NCBI GenBank assembly: GCA_021789155.1 | Contig: JAJYJW010000001.1 | Span: 1,473 to 65,472 of the forward strand | Length of the DNA: 64,000 bases | Source of the DNA: Candidatus Micrarchaeota archaeon | GTDB lineage: Archaea > Micrarchaeota > Micrarchaeia > Micrarchaeales > CABMGC01 | Direction of reading: 5' to 3' | Shown: piece after piece, positions 46,220-55,217 of the stretch | How the letters are laid out: the number at the start of each line of letters is the position of its first letter | How positions within the stretch are numbered: position 1 is the stretch's first letter | Position numbers and translations under genes: made by a program | The notes under the pieces: model-generated | The model's database searches: none | What the model saw: the letters and a program-made list of their open reading frames with translations, nothing else | What the model was told of the DNA's origin: nothing

Positions 46220-47026
46220 ATGCGCTTGATAGGGCGGCATATTACCTCATCAGGAGGCATATCTGCAGTGATGGAGTATGCTGCGAAGATGGGTAGCAAT
46301 ACTGCACAAATATTTATGGGAAATCCGAGGAGCTGGAATGCCCAGATGCCCAACTGGGACAATGCGATGTTTGAGTCTTTGAAAGGCAAATATGGCATAA
46401 GCGAACTGTTCGTGCACATGCCTTATCTTCCGAATCTGGCAAGCTCAGAAGGCAGGATAATAGAATTAACGAAAGTTAGCGTTCGCACCCAGATTAAAAA
46501 ATGCAATGACATAGGAATTGAGAATCTAGTAGTGCATCTTGGAAGCACCAAAGGGCGCCCTAAAAGCGAAGGCATAGCGAACGCGGTTGCAATATTAAAA
46601 GAATACGTGCCTTTGTTTAACGGAAGAATACTGATAGAGAATGAGGCTGGGCAGAACAACAACATAGGCGCATCTTTTGAGGATCTCGCAGAAATACGAG
46701 ATAGTGTTGACGCAGACAACTTGTTTTTCTGCATAGACACGTGCCATGCATTCGCATACGGCTATGATATACGAAACCTTGACATAATAGAAGAGATTGA
46801 CGCGAAACTGGGGATGAAAAATGTAAAGGCGCTGCACTGCAACGATGCGCTGTTCGGACTGGGATCCAAAAAGGATAGACATGCCAACATCGGCTTTGGC
46901 GAGATAGGACGGGATGCGTTGAAGGCTTTTATTTGGGCAGATAAGACAAATTCCATACCAGTCATTCTTGAAACGCCGTCATCGCCATTGATAAGTGAGT
47001 CGGAGGAAATAGCGTTGATAAAGTAA
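46220..47026 (+). CDS. nfo: endonuclease IV (AP endonuclease, TIM-barrel)
   Basis: IGRHITSSGG, AQIFMGNPRSW, VVHLGS, ENEAGQ, CIDTCHAFAYGYD, LHCNDA, H.NIG.GEIG. Confidence 0.85.
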   Translation: MRLIGRHITSSGGISAVMEYAAKMGSNTAQIFMGNPRSWNAQMPNWDNAMFESLKGKYGISELFVHMPYLPNLASSEGRIIELTKVSVRTQIKKCNDIGIENLVVHLGSTKGRPKSEGIANAVAILKEYVPLFNGRILIENEAGQNNNIGASFEDLAEIRDSVDADNLFFCIDTCHAFAYGYDIRNLDIIEEIDAKLGMKNVKALHCNDALFGLGSKKDRHANIGFGEIGRDALKAFIWADKTNSIPVILETPSSPLISESEEIALIK

Positions 47027-47052
47027 ACGCTCTCTTTTTGAAGGTGGGTTTT

Positions 47053-48690
47053 ATGCTAGATGTACTTATAGATAGGATATTTGATTGGATAGCGTGTTTT
47101 TTACCTTGTTTTTGTGGGATTGGGATAGAATGCTCTGCGCTTTCGTTGCACAACGCAAATGGAACCCTGAGGTACTCGTTCCGCGGAAAAATAATACCTT
47201 CTTTTTACAACCTTTCCAGAAGCCCGAAAAATAGAAACATGTGCATAGTTGGAGAGAGCGGAAGTGGCAAATCCAACGCAGCATATAACATATTGTCAAG
47301 CTTGCGTAAGTTCGGGGCAAACGTACTCATAATAGACCCGCACGCAGAGTATGCAAAGTTCGGTAGCGATCTTGACTGCAAGGTATATGATGCTTCGATA
47401 TTCGGAACAAATTTGCTGGATCTCGATGGGTTGAGCCAGCATGAACGAACCGGCGAGGTCACTTCGTTGTTGCGTAAAATATTCAGGCTTGGCGACATAC
47501 AAAGCCATATACTTTACAAGGCACTTTCGTATACATACTATGTTTCTGAAACGAAAGGAATGATTCCCAGAATAAGCTCGCTTTGCTACGCTCTTTCAGG
47601 GCTTGCCAAGAAGTCTGGAATTTCCGAAAGAAGACAGATTGAATCACTGCGCGATAGGGTAACTATGCTTGCATCGGGATCAGGCAAAACAGTAAACGTG
47701 GAAGACTTAATTAACGCGAGCAACATATTCGTCACTTCTAGATTGCGAACAAAAGAAGCACACGCAGCATACGTGGATGGCATTCTCAGAAAAATATATT
47801 CATACATGGTAAGCAAAGGCAGATTTTCCAAACCTCTTTATATAGTGATAGACGAAGCAGAGAACGTTGTTGATTCGTCTACAGTTAGCAGGATTGCGGC
47901 AGAAGGAAGAAAATACAATGTTGGCATCGTGGCGATTTCTCAGAGAGTAAAGGCAATACCTGCAGGTTTGAGGAGCAATTCTAACATGATGTTTGCATTT
48001 TCCCAGAAAGAGCCAGAGGAGCTCAATTATATCGCAAACCTCATAGCACAAGGAAACGAGCACGAGCGATTCATAGCAGTTAAGAAAGAAATGAGGAAAC
48101 TGCGTGTGGGAAGATGCATAGTTCATGAAAGCGGAAAAGCACCCAAAAGCGTGAGGGTGTACCTTAAAACCGCAACATCACTCGATTACTCTTATGAGAT
48201 AGAGAAGCTTGCTGAGAAGGGAATAGAAAAAAGTGCGTTGAAATCTGCACTCAAGCCAGAAATGTGTGATTTTGAAGCGAATTTGGAAAAATTAACGGGC
48301 TTGGGGATTGTTAGCAGGTACGTAGATGGAAACGAGTTATGGTATATTACTGCACCAACGCATAGCGCAGAGCACGATATCAACGTGAATAGGATATGTA
48401 AAGCATTTGCCGACTCCGGGATAAGGTCTTGGATCTACAACAAGCCGTACGGTCCGGACGTTGTTGCATATTTGCATGGGAAACAGATAGCAATAGAATA
48501 CGAAACCGGAATGAAAAACATATCGGACACTGAAAAGATGATAAACGCGAGATTGGACAAGTATGCAAAGGTAGTGGTAATAAGCAAAGACACCGAATTC
48601 ATAAATAAACTGAATGTGATATCGGACAAAGTAATAAAGATAAAAATGGAGGCGCTGGCTGACACCCTCACCACCCCACAGTTCCACTAA
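47053..48690 (+). CDS. HerA/FtsK-superfamily (DUF87-type) P-loop ATPase with wHTH-like segment and C-terminal nuclease-like domain
   Basis: Walker A VGESGSGKSN, Walker B LYIVIDEAENV, GIVAISQR sensor. C-terminal LEKLTGLGIVSRYVDG (wHTH-like), then GPDVVAY..IAIEYETGMK. Start is ATG 47053 or TTG 47038. Confidence 0.7.
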   Translation: MLDVLIDRIFDWIACFLPCFCGIGIECSALSLHNANGTLRYSFRGKIIPSFYNLSRSPKNRNMCIVGESGSGKSNAAYNILSSLRKFGANVLIIDPHAEYAKFGSDLDCKVYDASIFGTNLLDLDGLSQHERTGEVTSLLRKIFRLGDIQSHILYKALSYTYYVSETKGMIPRISSLCYALSGLAKKSGISERRQIESLRDRVTMLASGSGKTVNVEDLINASNIFVTSRLRTKEAHAAYVDGILRKIYSYMVSKGRFSKPLYIVIDEAENVVDSSTVSRIAAEGRKYNVGIVAISQRVKAIPAGLRSNSNMMFAFSQKEPEELNYIANLIAQGNEHERFIAVKKEMRKLRVGRCIVHESGKAPKSVRVYLKTATSLDYSYEIEKLAEKGIEKSALKSALKPEMCDFEANLEKLTGLGIVSRYVDGNELWYITAPTHSAEHDINVNRICKAFADSGIRSWIYNKPYGPDVVAYLHGKQIAIEYETGMKNISDTEKMINARLDKYAKVVVISKDTEFINKLNVISDKVIKIKMEALADTLTTPQFH

Positions 48691-48826
48691 TCTTGTCCCT
48701 TATATAATATATGTATTTTATTTAATCCTATTTTTATCATTTAAATGAAACTATGTTGTGCATATAATACTGGAAGTGAACCCTCCTCTAAGTAAGGTTT
48801 TTAGATTAAAACACAAAAAGAGAATC

Positions 48827-49312
48827 ATGGATATTTCCATCAATCTTCTTTTTAACATACTTTCAGAAGAGAACAAGACGGGAGAAGTGCTGGACTTGGC
48901 CAATGATTTTTATCCTTCTGCGTATTCTGAGCTTTCCAAACTAGAGGAAAATACCGATGCTGCACAACAAGCAAAGAATTTCAAGAAGCTCTTGGATACG
49001 ATAAAGACAAAACGCTTCCAGAAAATACTCTTGTATGTCGCATATAACAAGCAAATAGAGGTGCACGTGCCGAAAGAGGAACAGACTCTCTACAAAGAAG
49101 CACTCACGTTAATTGGCAAACATTCACAGCAAATCAACAGCAATGAGCAAATACAAAAAACAAAAATGAAGATAACCTCTGATTTGCCCGAATTGCTTGT
49201 GCCCAACAAAGGAAAGATTGGGCCGTTCAAGCAGGATCAGGTGGTAGAACTTGCAGATATTAAAGAAGTGGAATTCCTTTCAAACAACAAACTGGCTACA
49301 ATTTTACAGTAG
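48827..49312 (+). CDS. GINS subunit-like protein (Gins51/Gins15-type candidate)
   Basis: N-terminus LLFNILSEENKTGEVLDLANDFY and C-terminal B-domain-like LPELLVPNKGKIGPFKQDQVVELADIKEVEFLSNNKLATIL. ATG 48827. Confidence 0.5.
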   Translation: MDISINLLFNILSEENKTGEVLDLANDFYPSAYSELSKLEENTDAAQQAKNFKKLLDTIKTKRFQKILLYVAYNKQIEVHVPKEEQTLYKEALTLIGKHSQQINSNEQIQKTKMKITSDLPELLVPNKGKIGPFKQDQVVELADIKEVEFLSNNKLATILQ

Positions 49313-49412
49313 TTGTGTTTTTTACGACAAAAACCACCGTATATAAACATACACAAAGCTTTTTAATACAAAATATCATAATACCTAATGCTAATTTCTG
49401 ATTGATGATTAT

Positions 49413-49697
49413 ATGAAGATAGCAAAACAAATATCTGCTTTCTGCCCATACTGCAATAAGCACACGCCTCATTCGGTCAAGCTTTATTCAAAGAAGCCAC
49501 AGAGGGGCAATAGCGTAGGCAATAGAAGGCACAACCGAAAGATTAAGGGTTACGTCGGTAAGGTAAAGGCAGAAACGCCAAAGAAGAAGCTCGCGAAAAG
49601 GCAGAAGGCGGTTCTGGAATGTGCGACTTGCCATAAAAAGATTGAAAGAGTATTTGGCAACAGGACAAAGAAAAAACTCGAACTGAAGACAGGTTAA
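49413..49697 (+). CDS. rpl44e: 50S ribosomal protein L44e (eL42)
   Basis: CPYCNKHTPHSV...CATCHKK zinc-ribbon pairs in a basic 94-aa protein, ending KKKLELK. Confidence 0.85.
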   Translation: MKIAKQISAFCPYCNKHTPHSVKLYSKKPQRGNSVGNRRHNRKIKGYVGKVKAETPKKKLAKRQKAVLECATCHKKIERVFGNRTKKKLELKTG

Positions 49698-49728
49698 TCG
49701 GGTTGAAAAATTGTTAGTAAAGAAAAAC

Positions 49729-50484
49729 ATGCCAGACAGGGACGAATTTGTTCTTGTCAGGGTCAAAAAGATAATGCCTTTCGGCGCATACTGCGATCTA
49801 GAAGAATACGGAATAGATGCATACTTACCGATAAAGGAAATAGCATCCGGATGGATAAAGAACATACACGAATTTCTAAAAGAGGGACAAAAGAAGGTAG
49901 CGAAAGTAATATTCATAGACAGGGAGAAGAACGCGGTAGACGTTTCTCTCAAGAAAGTCACGAAAAAAGAAACTAAAGACAAGATAGACAGCGTAAACAA
50001 CGAAAGGCGAAGCGAGAATCTGTTTGCGCAGGCTTTAGATGCTGCAGGCATGTCGGATAAAAAAGAGGAGCTTGTCAAACTGCTTGCCAAAAAATACGAA
50101 ACTTATGCTGATTTGATAGAAGCTACGATTGACGGCAACGAAATAATCCCGGACAAGAAATACGCAAAGCTCAACGAAGCGATTGCCGAAGTAGTATCAA
50201 AGAACATAAAACCTAAAGTTTATCAGGTAAATTACATTGCGGAGATAACGTGTTACGATACTTCAAACGGGGTTGCACAACTTAGAAACGTGCTGAAAAG
50301 CATCGAAACCACTGGCGTTCGCGTGATATATCTCGGTGCTCCGAAATACAAGCTTACTGCAGAGAACAGCAGCTATCCAGAAGCGGAAAAGATGATCTCT
50401 AAAGCACAGGCGTTGGTGACAAAAGAGATGCCCAATGGGGACATGGTATTGAAGAAGGAAAAAGCAAGCAATCAAGGAGGGTAG
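49729..50484 (+). CDS. eif2a: translation initiation factor aIF2 subunit alpha
   Basis: MPDRDEFVLVRVKKIMPFGAYCDLEEYGIDAYLPIKEIASGWIKNIHEFLKEGQK (S1 domain). ATG 49729 preferred over TTG 49711. Confidence 0.85.
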   Translation: MPDRDEFVLVRVKKIMPFGAYCDLEEYGIDAYLPIKEIASGWIKNIHEFLKEGQKKVAKVIFIDREKNAVDVSLKKVTKKETKDKIDSVNNERRSENLFAQALDAAGMSDKKEELVKLLAKKYETYADLIEATIDGNEIIPDKKYAKLNEAIAEVVSKNIKPKVYQVNYIAEITCYDTSNGVAQLRNVLKSIETTGVRVIYLGAPKYKLTAENSSYPEAEKMISKAQALVTKEMPNGDMVLKKEKASNQGG

Positions 50485-50485
50485 A

Positions 50486-51262
50486 ATGGAGAGAAGCACA
50501 ATATTTACCACAAGCAAGATAAAGCCAAAGAATGCCACTTTGGTCGTTGGGCTTCCTGGGATAGGGAGTGTAGGCAGCCTGGTGGGAGAGCACCTGCGCG
50601 CTACCCTCAAAGCAAAACGCTTCGCTACTCTATACTCTCCGCATTTTCCACATCAGGCGATAATGCTCAAATCAGGGAAAATGCGTCTGGTTAGCAACAG
50701 ATTCTACTACTGGAAGAATACATCGAAGGCGAAGAATTCCGGTGATTTGGTGATTCTTGTTGGCGATTTCCAAGCGCTTACCTCAGAAGGTCAATACGAG
50801 GTAAACGATAAGATAGTCAAATTCGCCAAAAAGCTTAATTGCAAGAGAATCCTGACTATAGGTGGATACAATCTTGGCAACGGAAAATTCAGCGAAGAAA
50901 GAAGGGTTTTCGCAGTAACAACAGACAAGTCAAACATGCAGTCCTTGAAAGAGAGCGGCGTCATATTCGGGGAAGCGCACGGGATGATATGGGGTTCCGC
51001 CGGACTGATAACTGCGTTTGCAGAGAAGTACAATATAAGCAGCGCATGTGTGATGGGGGAAACCGCAGGTTTCCTTGACATAGACGCAGCATCGGCAAAA
51101 TCCGTTCTTGCTGTTCTGAGCAAGCTGTTCGAGATAGAGATTGACTTAGTTGCGATAGATAAGATAAAGAAAGAAACCGAGGCCATGCTCAAGCAAATGC
51201 AGGAAAACGCCAACGCAGAGCAGCAACTTCCAAGCAAGGAAAACTTTACCTATATCAGGTAA
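50486..51262 (+). CDS. PAC2-family proteasome assembly chaperone-like protein (COG1938)
   Basis: LVVGLPGIGSVGSLVGEHL N-terminus is typical of the family. Starts 1 nt after the aIF2-alpha stop. Confidence 0.65.
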   Translation: MERSTIFTTSKIKPKNATLVVGLPGIGSVGSLVGEHLRATLKAKRFATLYSPHFPHQAIMLKSGKMRLVSNRFYYWKNTSKAKNSGDLVILVGDFQALTSEGQYEVNDKIVKFAKKLNCKRILTIGGYNLGNGKFSEERRVFAVTTDKSNMQSLKESGVIFGEAHGMIWGSAGLITAFAEKYNISSACVMGETAGFLDIDAASAKSVLAVLSKLFEIEIDLVAIDKIKKETEAMLKQMQENANAEQQLPSKENFTYIR

Positions 51263-51302
51263 ACGATTAAATGCTTGCAAATCCTAACCTATGTTGCCAC
51301 AT

Positions 51303-51375
51303 GCGAGCATAGTCTAGCCTGGTAGGACATTGGCTTCCCAAGCCAACAGCCCGGGTTCAAATCCCGGTACTCGCA
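51303..51375 (+). tRNA. tRNA-Gly (anticodon CCC)
   Basis: GCGAGCA..TACTCGC+A acceptor (one C-A mismatch); D arm GTC-TAGCCTGGTA-GGAC; anticodon arm TTGGC-TTCCCAA-GCCAA; T arm CCGGG-TTCAAAT-CCCGG. Confidence 0.85.
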
Positions 51376-51418
51376 TTTTTAGCAATTACGTTTTGGCGAG
51401 TTTGTCAGCGAAGCGCCA

Positions 51419-51772
51419 TCATATTGGGCAGCCATATCTGCTTTTTGTTTTGTTCAACGCGAAACTTGCCACCTTGCTTTTTATCATTATCAATTTCGCA
51501 AGCGTTCCATCGCACGCGTAACCTACGCTTTCTCCCATTGTTATGGTTGTGTATGTGCCATTTTTCATGGCTAGGGGGTATTCGACATAAAGGATGCCCG
51601 TAACATTCATCTGATTAACTCCTGTTATCAAAAAGTTGCTTATCCTTTCTCCTGCGGTGACATTTACAAACTCCATAGGTGTCGATTGTGCACTGCTTAT
51701 CAAAGAGAAAAGAGCATATGCTGCGGTGACGCCCACGATAATCACTACGAAATATGCCCATACGTAGTCCAT
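51419..51772 (-). CDS. hypothetical N-terminally anchored/secreted protein (117 aa)
   Basis: MDYVWAYFVVIIVGVTAAYALFSLISS hydrophobic N-terminus. Sequons NVT (x2) and NGT. ATG 51772 preferred over 51820. Confidence 0.45.
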   Translation of the reverse strand: MDYVWAYFVVIIVGVTAAYALFSLISSAQSTPMEFVNVTAGERISNFLITGVNQMNVTGILYVEYPLAMKNGTYTTITMGESVGYACDGTLAKLIMIKSKVASFALNKTKSRYGCPI

Positions 51773-51875
51773 AATTTTGTTACGTACTAACACTATATTA
51801 ATCAGCAACCGAGTACGCAAATCGGTAACTCCTCTTAAATATCTCCTTTTTATTGATTAATGTTGCTATAATCAC

Positions 51876-52490
51876 GTGGATGGTGAGCGCGTGTATGTGC
51901 ATCGAGAAGATGGGAAGAGCGTAGTAAGAGCGGCGCGAGCAGGTCTAGAAATGTGCCTTACTACAGATATCGCAGAAAGAAACATGGTGAAATTCATAAA
52001 TCGAGATATTAAGTGCGATGGGATATCCCTGCAAGTAGAGAACGCTCAAACTTCAGAAGAAAGATCTAGCACGATTGCGATAGACAATCTCGACACAAAC
52101 TCTCTGATTTTAAAGGCAGTTCTATCGCTCGCAAGAAATACGCAAAACGTGCCGATTTCCCACTACGAGCTTGATAACCTCAACATCAAAGCACAGATCC
52201 TTTCGGATAAACGCAGGATAAATCCTAGGACTATAAGTGGGTTGGCTAGAAGTCTGAAAAGAAACGAATGCCTTCTCCTCGAATACGGGTTCAATAAAAA
52301 AGTGATTTCCCACTACAGAAATAAATATGCCGTAAGAGAATCGGAACGCGTAATACGCAAAGCTCTAGGGGAACTATGCAATCCCCCCCATAATCTATCC
52401 AAAGTAACCATAAGCAAATTCACAATGAACGGATTCAGGGAAGCCACGCCTAACGGCGAAATACTAGAAGATACATACTTAATGCCCTGA
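51876..52490 (+). CDS. hypothetical protein (204 aa)
   Basis: Long ORF with GTG start. No motif recognised. Confidence 0.4.
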   Translation: MDGERVYVHREDGKSVVRAARAGLEMCLTTDIAERNMVKFINRDIKCDGISLQVENAQTSEERSSTIAIDNLDTNSLILKAVLSLARNTQNVPISHYELDNLNIKAQILSDKRRINPRTISGLARSLKRNECLLLEYGFNKKVISHYRNKYAVRESERVIRKALGELCNPPHNLSKVTISKFTMNGFREATPNGEILEDTYLMP

Positions 52491-52502
52491 TTTACATACT
52501 GT

Positions 52503-53417
52503 CTATTCGTTTAGGTATTCTCTTACCTTCAAAGCCGCCTTCACACCGCTTCCCGCAGCTGTAGCCGCCTGTTTGAATATTCTATCTGCGACATCCCCTG
52601 CTACAAAAACCCCCTCTATTGCAGTCAAAACTTCTTCATTTGTCTTAATGTATCCCGCATCATCAAGCTCCAACTGGTTTTTGAACAGGTCTGTATTCGG
52701 CATGTTTCCAATCGCCACGAATACTCCATCTATCGGCATTTGAGTAGCTTCATCTGTATTTATGTTGCGTATTTTGACCCCGTTTACCTTCGCTTCTCCC
52801 AGAATCTCGTCTATCTTTGAATTCCAAATCACATTTATTTTTGAGTTTTCTAGCACTTTCTTTGCCATCGCTTTGCTTGCTCTGAATTCGTCCCTACGAT
52901 GTATTATGGTTACGCTAGCTGCAAATTTCGTGAGGAATAGCGAGTCTTCCATGGCGGTGTCGCCTCCACCTACAACTACGACTCTCTTATTCTTGAAGAA
53001 AGGCGCATCACAGGTCGCGCAGCTTGATACTCCCTTCCCTATGAATTTCTTTTCCGAATCTATGCCTAGCCATCGCGTAGATGCTCCAGTAGCGATAATT
53101 ATCGCTTTCGCGTCAAATTCTTCCTCACCGACATATACCTTCTTCATTTTGCCTTCAAGTTCAACCTTTGTAACAATGCCCTCTATGAACCTCGTCCCGA
53201 AACGTTCTGCCTGCTTTCTCATGTTTTCCATCAATTCAGGACCCATTATGCCATCTGCAAACCCAGGGTAATTCTCAACTACTGTAGTGAGAGTAAGTTG
53301 GCCGCCAGGAGCGGGGCCACTTATGAGTAATGGGTCGAAACCTTCCCTAGAAGCATATATCGCGGCAGAAAGACCTGCAGGTCCAGATCCAAGTATTATA
53401 ACATTTTCAGTCATCAA
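52503..53417 (-). CDS. trxB: thioredoxin-disulfide reductase
   Basis: ILGSGPAGLSAAIYA, redox-active CATCDA, VVVVGGGDTAMEDS, GVFVAGDV. Confidence 0.9.
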   Translation of the reverse strand: MMTENVIILGSGPAGLSAAIYASREGFDPLLISGPAPGGQLTLTTVVENYPGFADGIMGPELMENMRKQAERFGTRFIEGIVTKVELEGKMKKVYVGEEEFDAKAIIIATGASTRWLGIDSEKKFIGKGVSSCATCDAPFFKNKRVVVVGGGDTAMEDSLFLTKFAASVTIIHRRDEFRASKAMAKKVLENSKINVIWNSKIDEILGEAKVNGVKIRNINTDEATQMPIDGVFVAIGNMPNTDLFKNQLELDDAGYIKTNEEVLTAIEGVFVAGDVADRIFKQAATAAGSGVKAALKVREYLNE

Positions 53418-53442
53418 ATCCCATGTTAATATGCAATTAAGC

Positions 53443-54684
53443 TTAATAAGAACTTAGCATTCGCTGTGACATAATATAACGCAGTACGGTGCTATTCTTT
53501 ATCCATTCCTCTTTTCTTATTGCAAGCTTCGAGAATGCGTAGTTAAAAGTTTCTTCTAGCGTGCTGAATCTTTGCGGCATTTCCCTAAGCGCCTTCCTCA
53601 CATGCTCCCTCACGTTCCACACCCCTACCGGCAGGATGTAACCTGGGTGAGATTCCCTAAGTATCGCGACGCCTGCCTGCTTTTTCTCATTTCCCAGCAC
53701 CTCAGAAACGGCAAGCCTTGCAGCATAATAGCATCCACCTATCTCTGCGTATCCTTTCCTGCCATTATAAAGTTCTGACGATGAAAATATTTCGATGTTT
53801 TCGTTGCTCGTGTTCCACGTAGTGTGCGGATACCACGCTTCCACCAGCTCATAACACCAGCTCGTCGGAGCCATTATTATTACCCACCTATTGTCAAGCG
53901 CGTTAAGGTAATAAACTCTGTAACTATCAATCGGATCCAATTCTTTGACTACTGACAGGTTGGCTTTTCCCAAGGAATCGTCAACTGCGGTTATGCTCCA
54001 TCTAGTTGGCACAAACTTCCTACTGCTTCCCACACCCAATATGCCAGCAGACAATGCTTTTTGTATTCTAGATACGCGCACCCCCTTTTTATATAATTCC
54101 AGTATCGCGTCCTTAGCGTTCATTGACGTGTCAGAGTAGGCATTCTCTATTTTTGTGTTTGTGCTTCCCACTCCAATCTCTACCTCTTTAAGCATCGCAC
54201 TGGGGCCAAAAGGTTGGGAATTTTCATCGAAAGATAATTTCATTTCAGGGCGATTTTTCAACGTGGCATCGGCATACATGAATTTATCAGATAATGCCAA
54301 TTCCTTTATTATGTTTTCCACTTTGCCATTTTCGACGTTATCTACTTTAGTTTTGTACATGCATCGCACTAAACTTGACCTGTATTCTACTATGTTTTCT
54401 ATGCTTTTACCCACCCATTCTTCTGGCGAGGAAAGCAGAGAAGTGTCGCCGTATGTCGGCGGGATCATTGGTCCGACATACACGTTCGGATATCCAAAAG
54501 AACCTATAAATACATCTGGAGGGGAGGAACCCGATACGCTTTCCTTGCCCAGTAAGTTTATCGTTTTGAATTTGTAAACGTATTTCAGTATTTGGGGATC
54601 TTTCATGTTCTTGTAAATTATATTTGATCTCCTGACCAAAGCTTCGGCGTCATTGCCGTTTTCGGACACGATCCCTTCTGCCAT
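53443..54684 (-). CDS. archaeal Nre-family (DUF650/DUF651) putative DNA repair protein
   Basis: SSPPDVFIGSFGYPNVYVGPMIPP and the ~410 aa length, recalled from the Nre family. C-terminal PIP-like QRMLSSY. ATG 54684 preferred over track start 54900. Confidence 0.55.
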   Translation of the reverse strand: MAEGIVSENGNDAEALVRRSNIIYKNMKDPQILKYVYKFKTINLLGKESVSGSSPPDVFIGSFGYPNVYVGPMIPPTYGDTSLLSSPEEWVGKSIENIVEYRSSLVRCMYKTKVDNVENGKVENIIKELALSDKFMYADATLKNRPEMKLSFDENSQPFGPSAMLKEVEIGVGSTNTKIENAYSDTSMNAKDAILELYKKGVRVSRIQKALSAGILGVGSSRKFVPTRWSITAVDDSLGKANLSVVKELDPIDSYRVYYLNALDNRWVIIMAPTSWCYELVEAWYPHTTWNTSNENIEIFSSSELYNGRKGYAEIGGCYYAARLAVSEVLGNEKKQAGVAILRESHPGYILPVGVWNVREHVRKALREMPQRFSTLEETFNYAFSKLAIRKEEWIKNSTVLRYIMSQRMLSSY

Positions 54685-54722
54685 ATATATTTTATAACTG
54701 AAAGGGTATTTATTCTGTTTCG

Positions 54723-55217
54723 ATGTTTGAATTCCTTTTCGTAAAAAAGAACCTTGACGGGATAACCGCTGCAGTGATACACAGAGGCAAAATCCTACTG
54801 ATAAAGAGAATAAACTTGCCGTTTGTGATGGTAAATCCAGGCGTGTGGAACTTCGTCCAGGGAGCAAGGGAAAAAGGAGAAAGATATGTCCAAACTGCAT
54901 TCAGGGAAGTCAACGAGGAAACGGGCATAAGCTCGGAGAAACTGCACTTGGCATTTAATCCGAGTACCATCAGGCTTTTCGATTATAGGCTGGGAAGAAA
55001 ATCCAGGACATGGGAAAACAAGTTTTTCGTCTTTTATGCGGATTCTAAAGAGGTAAAATTAGATTTGGAAAATACCGCATTCAGGTGGGCATCGATAAAA
55101 GAGATAGAATCAGGGCTTAACTATACAAATATATTCTTTAACCACGAGTCTATCCTTAATAGGTTGAGAAGGGCATTGGATGGAGAGAAAAAGCACAGTC
55201 GGTCAAAGATTAACTAA
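54723..55217 (+). CDS. NUDIX hydrolase
   Basis: Nudix box GAREKGERYVQTAFREVNEETGIS. Confidence 0.8.
   Translation: MFEFLFVKKNLDGITAAVIHRGKILLIKRINLPFVMVNPGVWNFVQGAREKGERYVQTAFREVNEETGISSEKLHLAFNPSTIRLFDYRLGRKSRTWENKFFVFYADSKEVKLDLENTAFRWASIKEIESGLNYTNIFFNHESILNRLRRALDGEKKHSRSKIN

Noticed and set aside
48361-48375. HSAEH (an inverted-zincin HxxEH-like motif) in the first HerA-like ATPase as a protease site.
   Set aside because: It is a single short motif with no other metalloprotease context and is most likely coincidental.
54685-54900. 72-codon N-terminal extension of the Nre-like ORF.
   Set aside because: The extension is hydrophobic/Ser-rich junk that would overlap the divergent NUDIX gene and its promoter. 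MAEGIVSENG at 54684 fits the family length.
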